A stretch of 63,266 bases of DNA, the filler included, from Myxococcota bacterium (GTDB lineage Bacteria > Myxococcota_C > UBA6777), in NCBI GenBank assembly GCA_023150835.1. It is 3 parts of 3 records of this genome, joined end to end, with 100 filler letters (N's around TTAATTAATTAA, not from the genome) between each part and the next. Parts side by side here need not be neighbours in the genome. Positions count along the whole stretch, not along the records: positions 22,245 to 46,240 come from JAKLKB010000159.1; 2 more parts are not named here. One strand, 5' to 3'. Below are positions 30,909-40,803 of the stretch, piece by piece. Position 1 is the stretch's first letter, and each line of letters starts with the position of its first letter. The position numbers and the translations under genes were made by a program. The notes under the pieces were generated by a model. It was given only the letters and a program-made list of their open reading frames with translations. It searched no databases and was not told the DNA's origin.

Positions 30909-33413
30909 ATGTTCGAGAGACAAAAGCAACGGTGGATTCGACGAGGGGTGGCGTGGTGCGTGTTGGTGTTGTGGTGCGGAGTGTCGATGTGGGCGTGCGA
31001 CACATTGGCCCCGTCGGAGTCGGCGCAAGAGAACCCCCAAGAAACCAAACAAGAGGGGACACAAAACAACGAAGGGACGGGCGAGAACACACCGACGGAA
31101 TCAAGCAACGAACCTGCCCAGACAGAGACCACGACTTCCGAAAAAACCGAAGAGGGTCGCCCCGAAACCAACGAACCCAATTCGCCCGATGGCTCGACCG
31201 AAACAACGCCCGACGGTTCAACGGAACCCACCCCCGAACAGATATCCGACGCCAACCCTCCCGAGCAAACAGCGGATCAGCCCACACAACCGACAGGATG
31301 CGGTGTGACGACATTTCGTTATGATGCCAAAGGCCAGACTCCCGTGACGGTTTTTGTGGCGGGCAGTTTTAACAGTTGGGCTGATAGCGTCGCCAAGGGC
31401 GCGTATGCGATGGTCAACACCCAAGGCTCGCTTTGGGAAGTGACCCAAAAACTCCCCGAAGGTACGCACCAATACAAGTTCGTCGTCGATGGAAAATGGA
31501 TCCCCGATCCTGACAACCCACGCACCGCACCAGACGGATTTGGCGGACAAAATAGCATCATCGAGATCGCTCCTTGTACCGATCCCACCGTCGAAGTCAC
31601 CTCCCACAAAACCACCAACAGCGACTTTACCGCTGATCTGCTCTTTAAGTCGGGTGCATCGGGATCGGGCATCTCCAAAGTCATCGCCACCCTCGATCAC
31701 CAAGCCGTTCCTGCGGGCAGCGTCACCCACTCGGGCAATACGATCAAAGTCGATCTCAAAGGTCTTGCCAAAGGCATCCACGATCTGCGTGTCGAAGTCG
31801 AAGACCAAAACGGCCAACGCTCCGCCGTTAAACTGCTCAAGATCTATGTGGGCTTTTCGAGCGACTGGCGCGATGTCTCCCTTTACTTCGCGATGATCGA
31901 TCGCTTTATGGATGGCGATCCCGCCAACAACAAGCCTTTCGCTGACACCCCCGACCTGTTGAACTACATGGGCGGTGACTTCAAAGGACTCAGCCAAAAG
32001 ATCGATAGCGGATACTTCGATGCTCTCGGCATCAACGCGCTCTGGATCACATGGCCGATCGATAACCCCGATTACGCCGAACCCGGCGCACGCCCGGGCA
32101 GCCACTGGTGCAATATGAATCCCAAAGATCCCAACATCCAATGGATTCAAACCCGCTACAGCGGTTATCACGGATATTGGCCCGTCAACACCAACAAAGT
32201 CGAAGAGCACTTTGGCACACTCCAAGATCTCCAAGATCTCGTCGTCAAAGCCCACAAACGCGGCATCCGCATCTTGCTCGACTTTACCGTCAACCACCTG
32301 CACAAAGAGTCCCCGATCTACAAACAGAACGCCAACAGCGGCTATTTCAACACGCCCGCCGAGATCTGCGACAACGTCGGATGGGACAACAAACCCGTCA
32401 CCTGTTGGTTCGTCGACTATCTCCCCGATATCAACTACAACAACACCGCCATCTCCAAGCTCATGCTCGATCACGTCGTCGACTGGGTCAAAAAAACAGG
32501 GGCCGATGGCTTGCGCGTAGACGCACTCAAACACATCGAACAAGGCTTTATCCGCCAACTCCGCCAACGCACCACCAAAGAATTCGAAAGCACAGGTGTC
32601 AACTTTTATATGGTGGGCGAGACCTTTACGGGCGACACAGGCTTGATCAAGAAGTACATCGGAAACGACCAAGTCCACGGACAATTCGACTTCCCGCTCA
32701 ATCTCCAGATCCTCAAAGCCTTTGCTCGCAACGAGATCGGCCTCGATGCCTTTGACCAAGCCGCACGCGGGATCATGGCGTCCTACGGCAGCGATGCACT
32801 CATGTCCACCTTCATCGGAAACCACGATATCGCCCGCTTTGTCAGCATGGCCGGCGGACAGATCCGTTGCGGCATCTGGGACGTGATCAGCAACCGCGCC
32901 CAATCATGGAACGGCCCACCCACCGCACCCACCTCCGAAGATGCTTACAAAAAACTCTTGCTGGCCTTCGCTTATATCTTTGCTCTGCCCGGCATCCCCT
33001 TGGTCTATTACGGCGATGAGTTCGGACTCCCGGGGGCAGGCGATCCCGATAACCGCCGCATGATGCGCTTTGACAGCCAGTTAAGCGCCTTCGAGAAAAA
33101 TACCCTCGCCGTGATGCAAAAGATCGGAAAAGCGCGCCAACAATACGACGCCTTGCGTCGCGGCACACTCGGTTCAACCCTCCAAGCCAGTAGCGATCAC
33201 CTCGTCTTTTTGCGCACAGGACAAGGCGGCCCCGCCGTGATCATCCTCAATCGCGGCGGACAACGCACCGTCACCCTTTCCGCAAGCGCTCTCGGCGTCT
33301 CCGATGGCACCGTCTTTGAAAACGCCCTTGCTGGCGGGCAAATCACCGTCTCTGGTGGCAACCTCACCATCCCCGTAAGCCCTATCACGCCCGTCTTCCT
33401 CATCAAAAAATAA
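30909..33413 (+). CDS. GH13 alpha-amylase family lipoprotein with a CBM48-like domain
   Basis: Lipobox SMWA-C; acidic linker; VFVAGSFNSW..YKFVVDGKW; IDRF.DGD, GGDFKG, YHGYW, DFTVNH, GLRVDALKH, GE and NHD conserved regions. Confidence 0.92.
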   Translation: MFERQKQRWIRRGVAWCVLVLWCGVSMWACDTLAPSESAQENPQETKQEGTQNNEGTGENTPTESSNEPAQTETTTSEKTEEGRPETNEPNSPDGSTETTPDGSTEPTPEQISDANPPEQTADQPTQPTGCGVTTFRYDAKGQTPVTVFVAGSFNSWADSVAKGAYAMVNTQGSLWEVTQKLPEGTHQYKFVVDGKWIPDPDNPRTAPDGFGGQNSIIEIAPCTDPTVEVTSHKTTNSDFTADLLFKSGASGSGISKVIATLDHQAVPAGSVTHSGNTIKVDLKGLAKGIHDLRVEVEDQNGQRSAVKLLKIYVGFSSDWRDVSLYFAMIDRFMDGDPANNKPFADTPDLLNYMGGDFKGLSQKIDSGYFDALGINALWITWPIDNPDYAEPGARPGSHWCNMNPKDPNIQWIQTRYSGYHGYWPVNTNKVEEHFGTLQDLQDLVVKAHKRGIRILLDFTVNHLHKESPIYKQNANSGYFNTPAEICDNVGWDNKPVTCWFVDYLPDINYNNTAISKLMLDHVVDWVKKTGADGLRVDALKHIEQGFIRQLRQRTTKEFESTGVNFYMVGETFTGDTGLIKKYIGNDQVHGQFDFPLNLQILKAFARNEIGLDAFDQAARGIMASYGSDALMSTFIGNHDIARFVSMAGGQIRCGIWDVISNRAQSWNGPPTAPTSEDAYKKLLLAFAYIFALPGIPLVYYGDEFGLPGAGDPDNRRMMRFDSQLSAFEKNTLAVMQKIGKARQQYDALRRGTLGSTLQASSDHLVFLRTGQGGPAVIILNRGGQRTVTLSASALGVSDGTVFENALAGGQITVSGGNLTIPVSPITPVFLIKK

Positions 33414-33446
33414 ACCAAAGAGAGTCGCGTGATCGGATTGGTTTGG

Positions 33447-33778
33447 TGGGGTTGGAACCCCACTCCCCACAAGGGGTCACGGCCCCCTTGACCCCGTATC
33501 GGCGAAGAGATCAATCCTTTTCCACACAGACGACTCTGTCGCTTGAAGAAGCGCGAACACGGTTTTTTTGTCCACTGCAAAAGTCCCGCCCTCTCGATGG
33601 TTCAGATCTTTGACGACGTGGTGGGAGGGAGTGGGGGCACAAAGCAACTTTGGCTCCAAAAGCACCGATACATCAACCCGAGGTATGATCGGCCTACCTA
33701 GGGGCAGCCCCCTGTGGCTGCCCAAGAATAGGGCGTCTACGTACGATCCTTTGTGTACACACCTCTCGGATATCGTAT
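33447..33778 (+). repeat. Family B copy (33447-33570) and partial family C copy (33699-33778)
   Basis: Direct similarity to the 6107-6232 and 9148-9263 elements. Confidence 0.8.
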
Positions 33779-33912
33779 AAGTAGGCTGCCCCCTTTTTCT
33801 TTCACCAAGCGTGATCTATCGTTTGTCAGCGAGTACACCGTGCAAAACAGGCGAGCGCCCGTTCACAAAGCGCCCGCTTGCGACCTTCCATACCACCCAA
33901 AGGAAACCAACC

Positions 33913-34188
33913 ATGCCAAATCGTATCAGTACCCAAAACGCCCCCAAAGTCCAACAAGTCGGCGCACAGCAAATCAAACAAAGCAACAGCCAACAGATCG
34001 GCTCCGCCCTCCAACAGATCAAAACAAACCCTTCTCTTGCACAACAATTCTCGAACACTCTTCAACAACAAACAGGGGCTTCGAGCGCACAAGTCGGCCA
34101 AGTCTTCGGTCAAGGTCTGGCCGGAGCCGTCGCTCAATTGAGCCAATCCACCGCTGGCGCACAAGTCGGCATCGGCCTCTTGGAATAG
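33913..34188 (+). CDS. 91-aa Gln/Gly/Ala/Ser-rich small protein; candidate precursor/scaffold peptide
   Basis: AAAGGA RBS; MPNRISTQNAPKVQQ...GAQVGIGLLE; repeated xQQ motifs; upstream of the ATP-grasp/LanB genes. Confidence 0.75.
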   Translation: MPNRISTQNAPKVQQVGAQQIKQSNSQQIGSALQQIKTNPSLAQQFSNTLQQQTGASSAQVGQVFGQGLAGAVAQLSQSTAGAQVGIGLLE

Positions 34189-34284
34189 CTTTCATTGACG
34201 GATGGCTCGGGAGCGCCTTGTCGTTGACAGATTGTTCGCAAGCGCCTTGTCTTTCACAGATGGCTCGGAAAGGAACGCCTCATC

Positions 34285-34809
34285 ATGGATCAACCCAAAA
34301 ATACAAGCCGACTGTTGGCTTTTTTTGAGCGCCAAAATGAAGATGGGACGTACTTCTACGAAGACGAAGCCGTCCGCCATTTTTTGCCGCTGTTGGCGAT
34401 GCAGATCGCGATGGAATGGGGCTCACAAGCATGGACACCCCCGATCCAACGGCTCATGGACGAGTTTGTCGAAGGGCTTGGGCTACCAGAAGGCTTTGAT
34501 GGCGCGCAGCTCAACGAAGCGGTCGAAGGTTACTACGCCAAAGCAGGTGTCGATCCTGCCCTCAAACGCGGCTTCCAAGAACTCGTGCGCGAACTGTTTG
34601 CCGACGGAAGCACCCAAGAACTCAGCGATGCTGCCGCCAAACTGCTCGGGATGGAACCTCAAACCATCCCATCTCCCGCCCCCGCCCATCCGCCCAAAGG
34701 ACGTGTTGGCGTCTCCGTCGCAGGACTTCTCCTCCAACACACCGCAGCGCAAAAACGCCCCGAAGACGCTTCTTCGCCCCCTCCGCCCTCCAAAAACAAA
34801 GACGAATAG
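34285..34809 (+). CDS. Hypothetical acidic helical protein
   Basis: AAGGA RBS; 174 aa; Pro-rich tail. Confidence 0.75.
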   Translation: MDQPKNTSRLLAFFERQNEDGTYFYEDEAVRHFLPLLAMQIAMEWGSQAWTPPIQRLMDEFVEGLGLPEGFDGAQLNEAVEGYYAKAGVDPALKRGFQELVRELFADGSTQELSDAAAKLLGMEPQTIPSPAPAHPPKGRVGVSVAGLLLQHTAAQKRPEDASSPPPPSKNKDE

Positions 34810-34825
34810 GAGCGACGCAACAAAC

Positions 34826-34998
34826 AAAAAACCCCGTGTTCGCGATATCTCAAGCGACAGCGTCGTTGGTGTGAAAACTCCGTGCTCACTTTGCCAACAC
34901 GGGCTCAAGAGGGCGAAGCCCTCTCGCGGGGCGTGGGGCAGCGCCCCATAGGCGTTAGGTGAAGCGGAGGAAAGCCCCCCACCCCGCCCTCCCCCGTG
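34826..34998. repeat. Family B (reverse) plus family A end fragment
   Basis: aaaaaccccgtgttcgcg...ggggcagcgcccc-ATA-ggcgttaggtgaagcggagg. Confidence 0.8.
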
Positions 34999-35043
34999 CA
35001 AACCAACCCCGTAAGTCCGAACGAAGAAGGCTAAAAAATTTCG

Positions 35044-36414
35044 ATGAAGATCGAGCAGCTTCCCGAAGATCAAGCGTACATCGAAGCCTACGACCGCGCC
35101 CTGCGCAAGCATGGCAAAACGATGTTAGAAGAAGCCGCCGCCCTGATGGAACGCTACGCAGCACGGGGGATCACCACCATCAAAGGCGCGGGCTTTCCGC
35201 TTCGCCCCTTGTTTTTGCCACGCCGTCTCCTCGAAGATATCGGGCGCTCTTTGATCGAAGGCTTTGAACGCCTGCGGATCGCATTGCTCGATCATCTCGA
35301 AGACAGCGCATGGTTGGCAGAACACCTCCCCATCCCCCCCGCTCTGTTTCAGCACCTCAACTTCCGAGAAAGTCTGTCCAAAGAAGCCTTCTTCTCCGTA
35401 CTTCGCCCTGATGGCTTCTTATTCTCCGATCGCTACGCGCTGATCGAACCCAACTTCGGCAATGGCTCGCTGATCAGCAACGCCTACACCGAGATATTGT
35501 TTGATTATTTCCAAGGATCGACCGTGTTTCGGGAAATCGGCTGGCCTTCCACAGGACTGGATCGGCCCTTCCAACGCCTGATCGAGATGCTCCGTTCTCG
35601 CCTACCTGCGGGAAAACAACGCTACTTTGTCGCTTTGTTTTGCCACCACTGGGAACACCAAGTCATCCAGACATGGGAAGAGCGCGTGATCCAACAGCTT
35701 TATCTCGCGCAGCAGATCTTGGCCGAGCAAGGCATCGATACAAGCGTAGTATACGAGGATGGCTTTTCCATTGATGAATCCGGCCACACCCACCTCAAAG
35801 CAGACGGACAGCGCGTCGATCTGGTGTTGCAATTCACCATCGGAACGTCATTTATGGACGAGCCTTGGTTATTTGAAGACGCACTCGCCCACCTCACAAG
35901 CGCCAAGATCGGCGATGCTCCGTTGATCAAGCCCTTGGCCTCCTTGTGCATCGACAAAGGCACCTTGCCGCTGATGAATACTCTCGGCGGATGGCCGATC
36001 TGCGCAGAAGAAAACTTCCGCGTGGAGATCCCTTGGACGACCTACCCCAAAGCCGAACAGGCCGCAGAATACCGCCTGAACAAAGACCGATACGTCTTAA
36101 AACGAGCCTTTGATGGCAAAGACACCCATGTCGGCATCTCTACAGCAGGGCGGCTGTGGAATCGCACTCTGGCCCAAGCCCTCGAAAGCGACGCCTACGT
36201 CTTACAACATTATCAGCCCATGCCCCAAACGATCATGCCGATGTGCTTTGATGGAGAGCATATCGAGTGGGTGCCTGTGCGCGTCGAGTTGTCGCCGTTT
36301 TTGGTAGAAGGCCGCTATGCAGGCGCGATCGCACGTTATGCGCCCGAAGCCGAAGGCTTGGTGATGTCACCCCCACCCGAAAATATGGGGCTAACCAATG
36401 TCTTCGGCACCTAA
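35044..36414 (+). CDS. Circularly permuted ATP-grasp amide ligase (glutathionylspermidine-synthase-like fold)
   Basis: LRPDGF...LIEPNFG (RxD...ExN), DKG, YVLKRAFDGK..VG, YVLQ.Y; overlaps the next gene. Confidence 0.75.
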   Translation: MKIEQLPEDQAYIEAYDRALRKHGKTMLEEAAALMERYAARGITTIKGAGFPLRPLFLPRRLLEDIGRSLIEGFERLRIALLDHLEDSAWLAEHLPIPPALFQHLNFRESLSKEAFFSVLRPDGFLFSDRYALIEPNFGNGSLISNAYTEILFDYFQGSTVFREIGWPSTGLDRPFQRLIEMLRSRLPAGKQRYFVALFCHHWEHQVIQTWEERVIQQLYLAQQILAEQGIDTSVVYEDGFSIDESGHTHLKADGQRVDLVLQFTIGTSFMDEPWLFEDALAHLTSAKIGDAPLIKPLASLCIDKGTLPLMNTLGGWPICAEENFRVEIPWTTYPKAEQAAEYRLNKDRYVLKRAFDGKDTHVGISTAGRLWNRTLAQALESDAYVLQHYQPMPQTIMPMCFDGEHIEWVPVRVELSPFLVEGRYAGAIARYAPEAEGLVMSPPPENMGLTNVFGT

Positions 36415-39157
36415 ACCCACCCCACCAACAAATGTTCCAGCCCCCCTCCACTCAGACGAACCATCCACTGCCGATCAAACCACGCAAACCACGCTCGAAC
36501 TGGCCGATGGATGGGCGTGTTGGCGACCATTTGCGTTGCGGGGTGCAGGATTTCCGCTGGATCGAGTCCTGCGCTTTGCCGATCCCAAGCTCCTCGCCGC
36601 GTTGGAGAACCACCTCACCAAAGAAACCGAACTTCGCCAAGCGTGCCTCACCCTGATCGCTGCGTGGTCAAACGGCGGAACTTCCGACGAACGCAACTCC
36701 ACACGCCAACACATCAAACACACACATCGCCTCCTCGCGCAGCTTTCGACTTTTTCACATAACCACACACAAACGCCCATCCCTCCGCACTCTACACACG
36801 ACGGCATACAAACGCCCATCCCTCCGCACTCTACACACGATGACACACAAACGCCCATCCCTCCGCACTCTACACACGATGACACACAAACGCCTGTCTC
36901 TCCGCACGCTATACATAACAACTCACAAACGCCCATCCCCTCGTTGCTGGAGGCATCGCAAGCGGTGTGTGTAGCAGAGGAGGCTTGGGAAAAAGCGCGT
37001 GTGGCTTGGGAAGCCGCTTTTGTGGAGGGTGCGCATCGAGAGCATCGCGAACTTCAATCGCTGCTTGCACAAGGCGATCTGATGCGTGCGGTGTTGTGGC
37101 AAAATCGAGAGGCGGCGATCCACGGGCTTGGGTTGATCCCTCCGATGGCATCGGAAGAACAGAACAAGCGCGCTCGCCAAGCAAGGCAGATCGTCCATCG
37201 TTATCTTCAACGCTACTGCACCAAAAATGACACCATCGGTTTTTTTGGTCCCGTGGGATGGGGGTTTTGGAGCGCAGGGGAGACGCATATTCTGGCGGGT
37301 TCCAAACAGATGGCGCGACAAGGCGTGTACTTTGAACCGTGGGCGATGGCGGTGTTTGCGCGCCAATGGAGTGAGTCACCGGCCTTTTTACTGGATATCC
37401 CGCCGCGTGTGCATCCGCTGTGCGCGTTGGTCGAAGGCCGACTCTTGGGCGTCCCGGGCGCAAGAGGCCGAGACAAAAGCCGCGCTCTCACCCCCCAAGA
37501 ATACGCCCTGATGATGCGCTGCGATGCCCGCCGCACAGCGCGCTCGATCTTGGCGGATATCGCCCAAGACACCAGCCTTTTTGAAGACTGGAGCCAAGCC
37601 TATCAAGTGCTTTGCGATCTGGTGCGCAAGGGTTGGCTGATCTGGTCCTTGGATATGGCCTTTGAGGCTCACCCCGAACGCCGCCTGTTGGGCGTCGTCG
37701 ACGCTCTGCAAGATCCGACGATCCAAGCGGCTTGTAAGAAACAGCTTACGCCGCTGCTGGAGGCTTTCGATGTCGTATCCAAAACCACCGAAGATGCGGC
37801 CTCTTTGGCCGAAGCGTTGGGAGCGTTGGAAGTTTGCTTTGTGGCCCAAAGCGGCGAGTCGGCCACACGCAACCAAGGTGCAACGTACGCAGGACGGACA
37901 CTGACGTATCTTGACGGCCAAAGAGACGGTCGATGGGAGATCTCCGATACGCTGCTCGGACAGATCGCCCAGCCGCTTTCACTGATGTTGCAAAGTGCGC
38001 GTTGGTACACTTGGCGGATCGCGACGGCGTATCAAGCGCATCTACGGGGACTTTGCGATCAGATCCTCGCGACCGAGGGCGGAAGCGACCTACCCTTGGT
38101 GCGTTTGTGGCAAGAAGCCAGCGACTGGCTCGATCCCTTTTTTCCCAAAGCGGTCGAAGAGATCGTCGAAGACTTACAACAGCGCTGGGCGACGATCCTC
38201 GACATCTCGGAATCTACGGACAAACGACGTCTCGAACGAGATCCCGCTGCATTAAAAGAAGCGGTGATGGCGGCTTTTTGGGCTCCACATCCGGGATGGC
38301 CTTGCGCTCGGCATCATGCGCCCGATCTGATGTTTGCGGCCCCTGATCTCGCAGCTTTGGAGCGCGGCGAAGGGCTGTTTGTGCTTGGAGAGCTTCACGC
38401 GGGGATCCATCCGCTGTGTACGCTTTCGATGACCACACAACACCCCGATCTGGCTTCTCTTCAAGCCCTCTACGCACAAGATATCCCCGATATCGGGATC
38501 GCTCCGATCCCTGACGTGGACTTTGCCCGATCCTGCCACGATTCGCGGCTTGCGCCTCGCGATCTGCACCTCGATATGGGCGCGCCGTGGGCGAGCTGGC
38601 GCGGTCCCGACCAAGTCCTCCCCATAGGCGCATTCTCGGTTCGCCCGTCAGGTGGGGGGATCGAGGCCACAACCCGCGATGGACAGCACCGCTTCGATAT
38701 CTTGCAGATCATCGAGCGTTCTCTCAAACTACGCGCTGCTGTTCATTTTTCTTACTTGCCTTCGTGGGCGCATCGCCCGCGCATCCAGCTAGGCCGCTTG
38801 GTGATCGCACGCGAAAGCTGGCGCATCTCCGCAGCGCAGATGGCTTTCGCACGCGAAACACAGCCAAGCAGCCGTTTTGCGGGAGCCTCTCGATGGGCAA
38901 GATCCGCCGAGATACCGCGTTTTGTCTTTGCACGCTCCCCCAAAGAAACCAAGCCGATCTACGTCGACTTCCACAGCCCCCCTTCTGTCGAGATCTTTTG
39001 CCATCTGATCCGACAAGCCGAAGACGCTGCACTACATCTAAGTGAGATGTTGCCAAGTCCCGAAGAGGCGTGGTTATCGGATGCGACGGGGCGTCGTTAT
39101 GTGAGTGAAGTGCGGATGATCGCCGTCGATCCGCAAGTATGGAGGCCCCTTCCTTGA
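36398..39157 (+). CDS. Stand-alone LanB N-terminal-domain enzyme (PEARL-type peptide aminoacyl-tRNA ligase candidate)
   Basis: LRGAGFP, YLQRYCTKNDTIGFFGPVGWG, GRTLTYLD, RHHAPDLM, VLGELH, LVIARESW, KPIYVDF.SP and SEMLP...WL....RYVSEVR. It ends there with no elimination domain. Confidence 0.88.
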   Translation: MSSAPKPTPPTNVPAPLHSDEPSTADQTTQTTLELADGWACWRPFALRGAGFPLDRVLRFADPKLLAALENHLTKETELRQACLTLIAAWSNGGTSDERNSTRQHIKHTHRLLAQLSTFSHNHTQTPIPPHSTHDGIQTPIPPHSTHDDTQTPIPPHSTHDDTQTPVSPHAIHNNSQTPIPSLLEASQAVCVAEEAWEKARVAWEAAFVEGAHREHRELQSLLAQGDLMRAVLWQNREAAIHGLGLIPPMASEEQNKRARQARQIVHRYLQRYCTKNDTIGFFGPVGWGFWSAGETHILAGSKQMARQGVYFEPWAMAVFARQWSESPAFLLDIPPRVHPLCALVEGRLLGVPGARGRDKSRALTPQEYALMMRCDARRTARSILADIAQDTSLFEDWSQAYQVLCDLVRKGWLIWSLDMAFEAHPERRLLGVVDALQDPTIQAACKKQLTPLLEAFDVVSKTTEDAASLAEALGALEVCFVAQSGESATRNQGATYAGRTLTYLDGQRDGRWEISDTLLGQIAQPLSLMLQSARWYTWRIATAYQAHLRGLCDQILATEGGSDLPLVRLWQEASDWLDPFFPKAVEEIVEDLQQRWATILDISESTDKRRLERDPAALKEAVMAAFWAPHPGWPCARHHAPDLMFAAPDLAALERGEGLFVLGELHAGIHPLCTLSMTTQHPDLASLQALYAQDIPDIGIAPIPDVDFARSCHDSRLAPRDLHLDMGAPWASWRGPDQVLPIGAFSVRPSGGGIEATTRDGQHRFDILQIIERSLKLRAAVHFSYLPSWAHRPRIQLGRLVIARESWRISAAQMAFARETQPSSRFAGASRWARSAEIPRFVFARSPKETKPIYVDFHSPPSVEIFCHLIRQAEDAALHLSEMLPSPEEAWLSDATGRRYVSEVRMIAVDPQVWRPLP
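36766..36939 (+). repeat. 39-bp coding tandem repeat (QTPIPPHSTHDDT x~4.5) inside the LanB-like gene
   Basis: acaaacgcccatccctccgcactctacacacga.. repeated. Confidence 0.9.
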
Positions 39158-40560
39158 CACAAGATCCCCAATCCACCAAGTCGCGACAACATGCCGCAAC
39201 ACAAGATCCCAAACCCGCCAAGTCGCTACGAAACACCGCTGCAATGGTCGGTCGCGCCGTACCGATCCTCGATCAAGCCGTTTCTGCCGGCCTCATGCAC
39301 GTCACGCTCCAAGATCGCGCCAACAAGCGCGTCCGCCTCGACGATGGCCGCGTCGTCACCGAGTTTATCAACTGCTCTTATCTCGGGCTGGATCTGCATC
39401 CTGCGGTGCTCGCTGGCGCAAAACAGGTCTTGGATGACTGGGGAATTCATCTCTGCTGTGCGCGTTCGCGCTTTTCCATCGGCCCCAATGCTCTTCTCGA
39501 AGACGGTCTCTCCGCTCTGTTTCGTGGACGAGCGATCACCTTCCCATCCGTCACAAGTACGCACATGTCGGTGCTTCCGTTGCTTGCGAGTGGTGTGCTC
39601 TTGGACGATCGCCATCCGCGCCCGATGCGTGTGATCTTCGATCGCTTTGCGCACGCTTCGATGCAGTACCTCAAACCGATCTTGGCCGAAGAAGCGCAAG
39701 TTTGCACCATCCCACACAACGACCTCGACGCTCTGCGCAGCCAAGTCCAAGAAGCCCATGCTTGCGGGCAACGCGCCGTCTATCTCGCGGATGGCGTCTA
39801 CTCAATGGGCGGCATGTGTCCTGTCACCGACCTGATCGCGATGGCCCAAGAACTCGACTTTGCGCTCTACATCGACGACGCACACGGAACTTCCATCTTT
39901 GGCGAACAAGGCGAAGGCTACGTCCTCAGCCAGATCCAAGGCCCGCTCCCTGAACAAGTCTTTGTGTGCTTTTCTCTCGCCAAGGGCTTTGGCTGCAATG
40001 GCGGTGGCATCGTCCTTCCCAACACACGCACCGAACGCTTGATCCGCCAGTTCGGACAAACCTACAACTTCTCCGCCCCCCTCGATTTTTCTCTAATCGG
40101 CGGGGCGCTCGCGGCCTTGGAACTCCACCGCAACGGAGAAGTCCGACGCCTACAAACTCAACTCGACCGACAGATCGCCCTTTTTGTGTACGGTGAAGCC
40201 CAACAACCCACCCCTCCGCTCGTATCAGCAACCTCAAGTCACCTCATCCTCCCAAACACCCGAAACCACGACGTGATGGTGCCTTTCTTGACATGGAACG
40301 AACATGATCGACCGATCGACGGTCGCCTTGGACCGATTCGGATGGTCTTTGTCGGCGAAGAAGCCCGTGGCATCGACTGGGGACAAAAGCTGATCGAACG
40401 GGGCTATTTTGTCTCAGCAGCTTTTTTCCCCGTCGTTCCGCGAGGTCGCTCACAACTGCGTATCGCCATCACAGCAGGCCACGACCGCCAACAGATCTTG
40501 GGCCTTCGTGATGCCCTCCGCGATATCGCCGAAGCATCCGGTGTGTTGTCTGTTGCCTAG
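39154..40560 (+). CDS. PLP-dependent alpha-oxoamine synthase (BioF/Kbl-like class II aminotransferase)
   Basis: FINCSYLGL, DRFAHAS, HND, DGVYSMGG, DDAHG, SLAKGFG (PLP Lys), FPVVPRG..LRI. Probable TTG start overlaps the LanB stop (TTGA) with GGAGG upstream; ATG 39139 is an alternative. Confidence 0.88.
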   Translation: MTQDPQSTKSRQHAATQDPKPAKSLRNTAAMVGRAVPILDQAVSAGLMHVTLQDRANKRVRLDDGRVVTEFINCSYLGLDLHPAVLAGAKQVLDDWGIHLCCARSRFSIGPNALLEDGLSALFRGRAITFPSVTSTHMSVLPLLASGVLLDDRHPRPMRVIFDRFAHASMQYLKPILAEEAQVCTIPHNDLDALRSQVQEAHACGQRAVYLADGVYSMGGMCPVTDLIAMAQELDFALYIDDAHGTSIFGEQGEGYVLSQIQGPLPEQVFVCFSLAKGFGCNGGGIVLPNTRTERLIRQFGQTYNFSAPLDFSLIGGALAALELHRNGEVRRLQTQLDRQIALFVYGEAQQPTPPLVSATSSHLILPNTRNHDVMVPFLTWNEHDRPIDGRLGPIRMVFVGEEARGIDWGQKLIERGYFVSAAFFPVVPRGRSQLRIAITAGHDRQQILGLRDALRDIAEASGVLSVA

Positions 40561-40679
40561 CTTTCCCCCCCTTTCGTTGCCCTATCCACGTTCCAGCGCC
40601 CGTCCACCCCGAAGGGCTACGAGATCTCCCGTATCACCACATGGGGAGCGCATTCCTTGATGATATGCGCGTTCTCCAT

Positions 40680-40759
40680 CTCGCTACATGACAGGCCAAT
40701 GACGAGCGAGCGAAACATCGGAAAGAACGAAGTGTTTTGGAGGCTCAAACATGACAAGA
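40680..40759 (-). mobile_element. 80-bp remnant of the IS4-family element end
   Basis: 78/80 identical to 43215-43294, including the terminal repeat CTCGCTACATGACAG. Confidence 0.9.
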
Positions 40760-40803
40760 CCAACGCCATGAGAGAGGTATCAAGAGGCAACACTTCTCAG
40801 TCA

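Noticed and set aside
36398-39157. Class I lanthipeptide or thiopeptide cluster
   Set aside because: No elimination domain, LanC or YcaO, and the nearby peptide has no Cys.
39154-40560. Biotin synthesis gene bioF
   Set aside because: No other bio genes nearby, and it is coupled to the LanB-like gene, so only the family is assigned.
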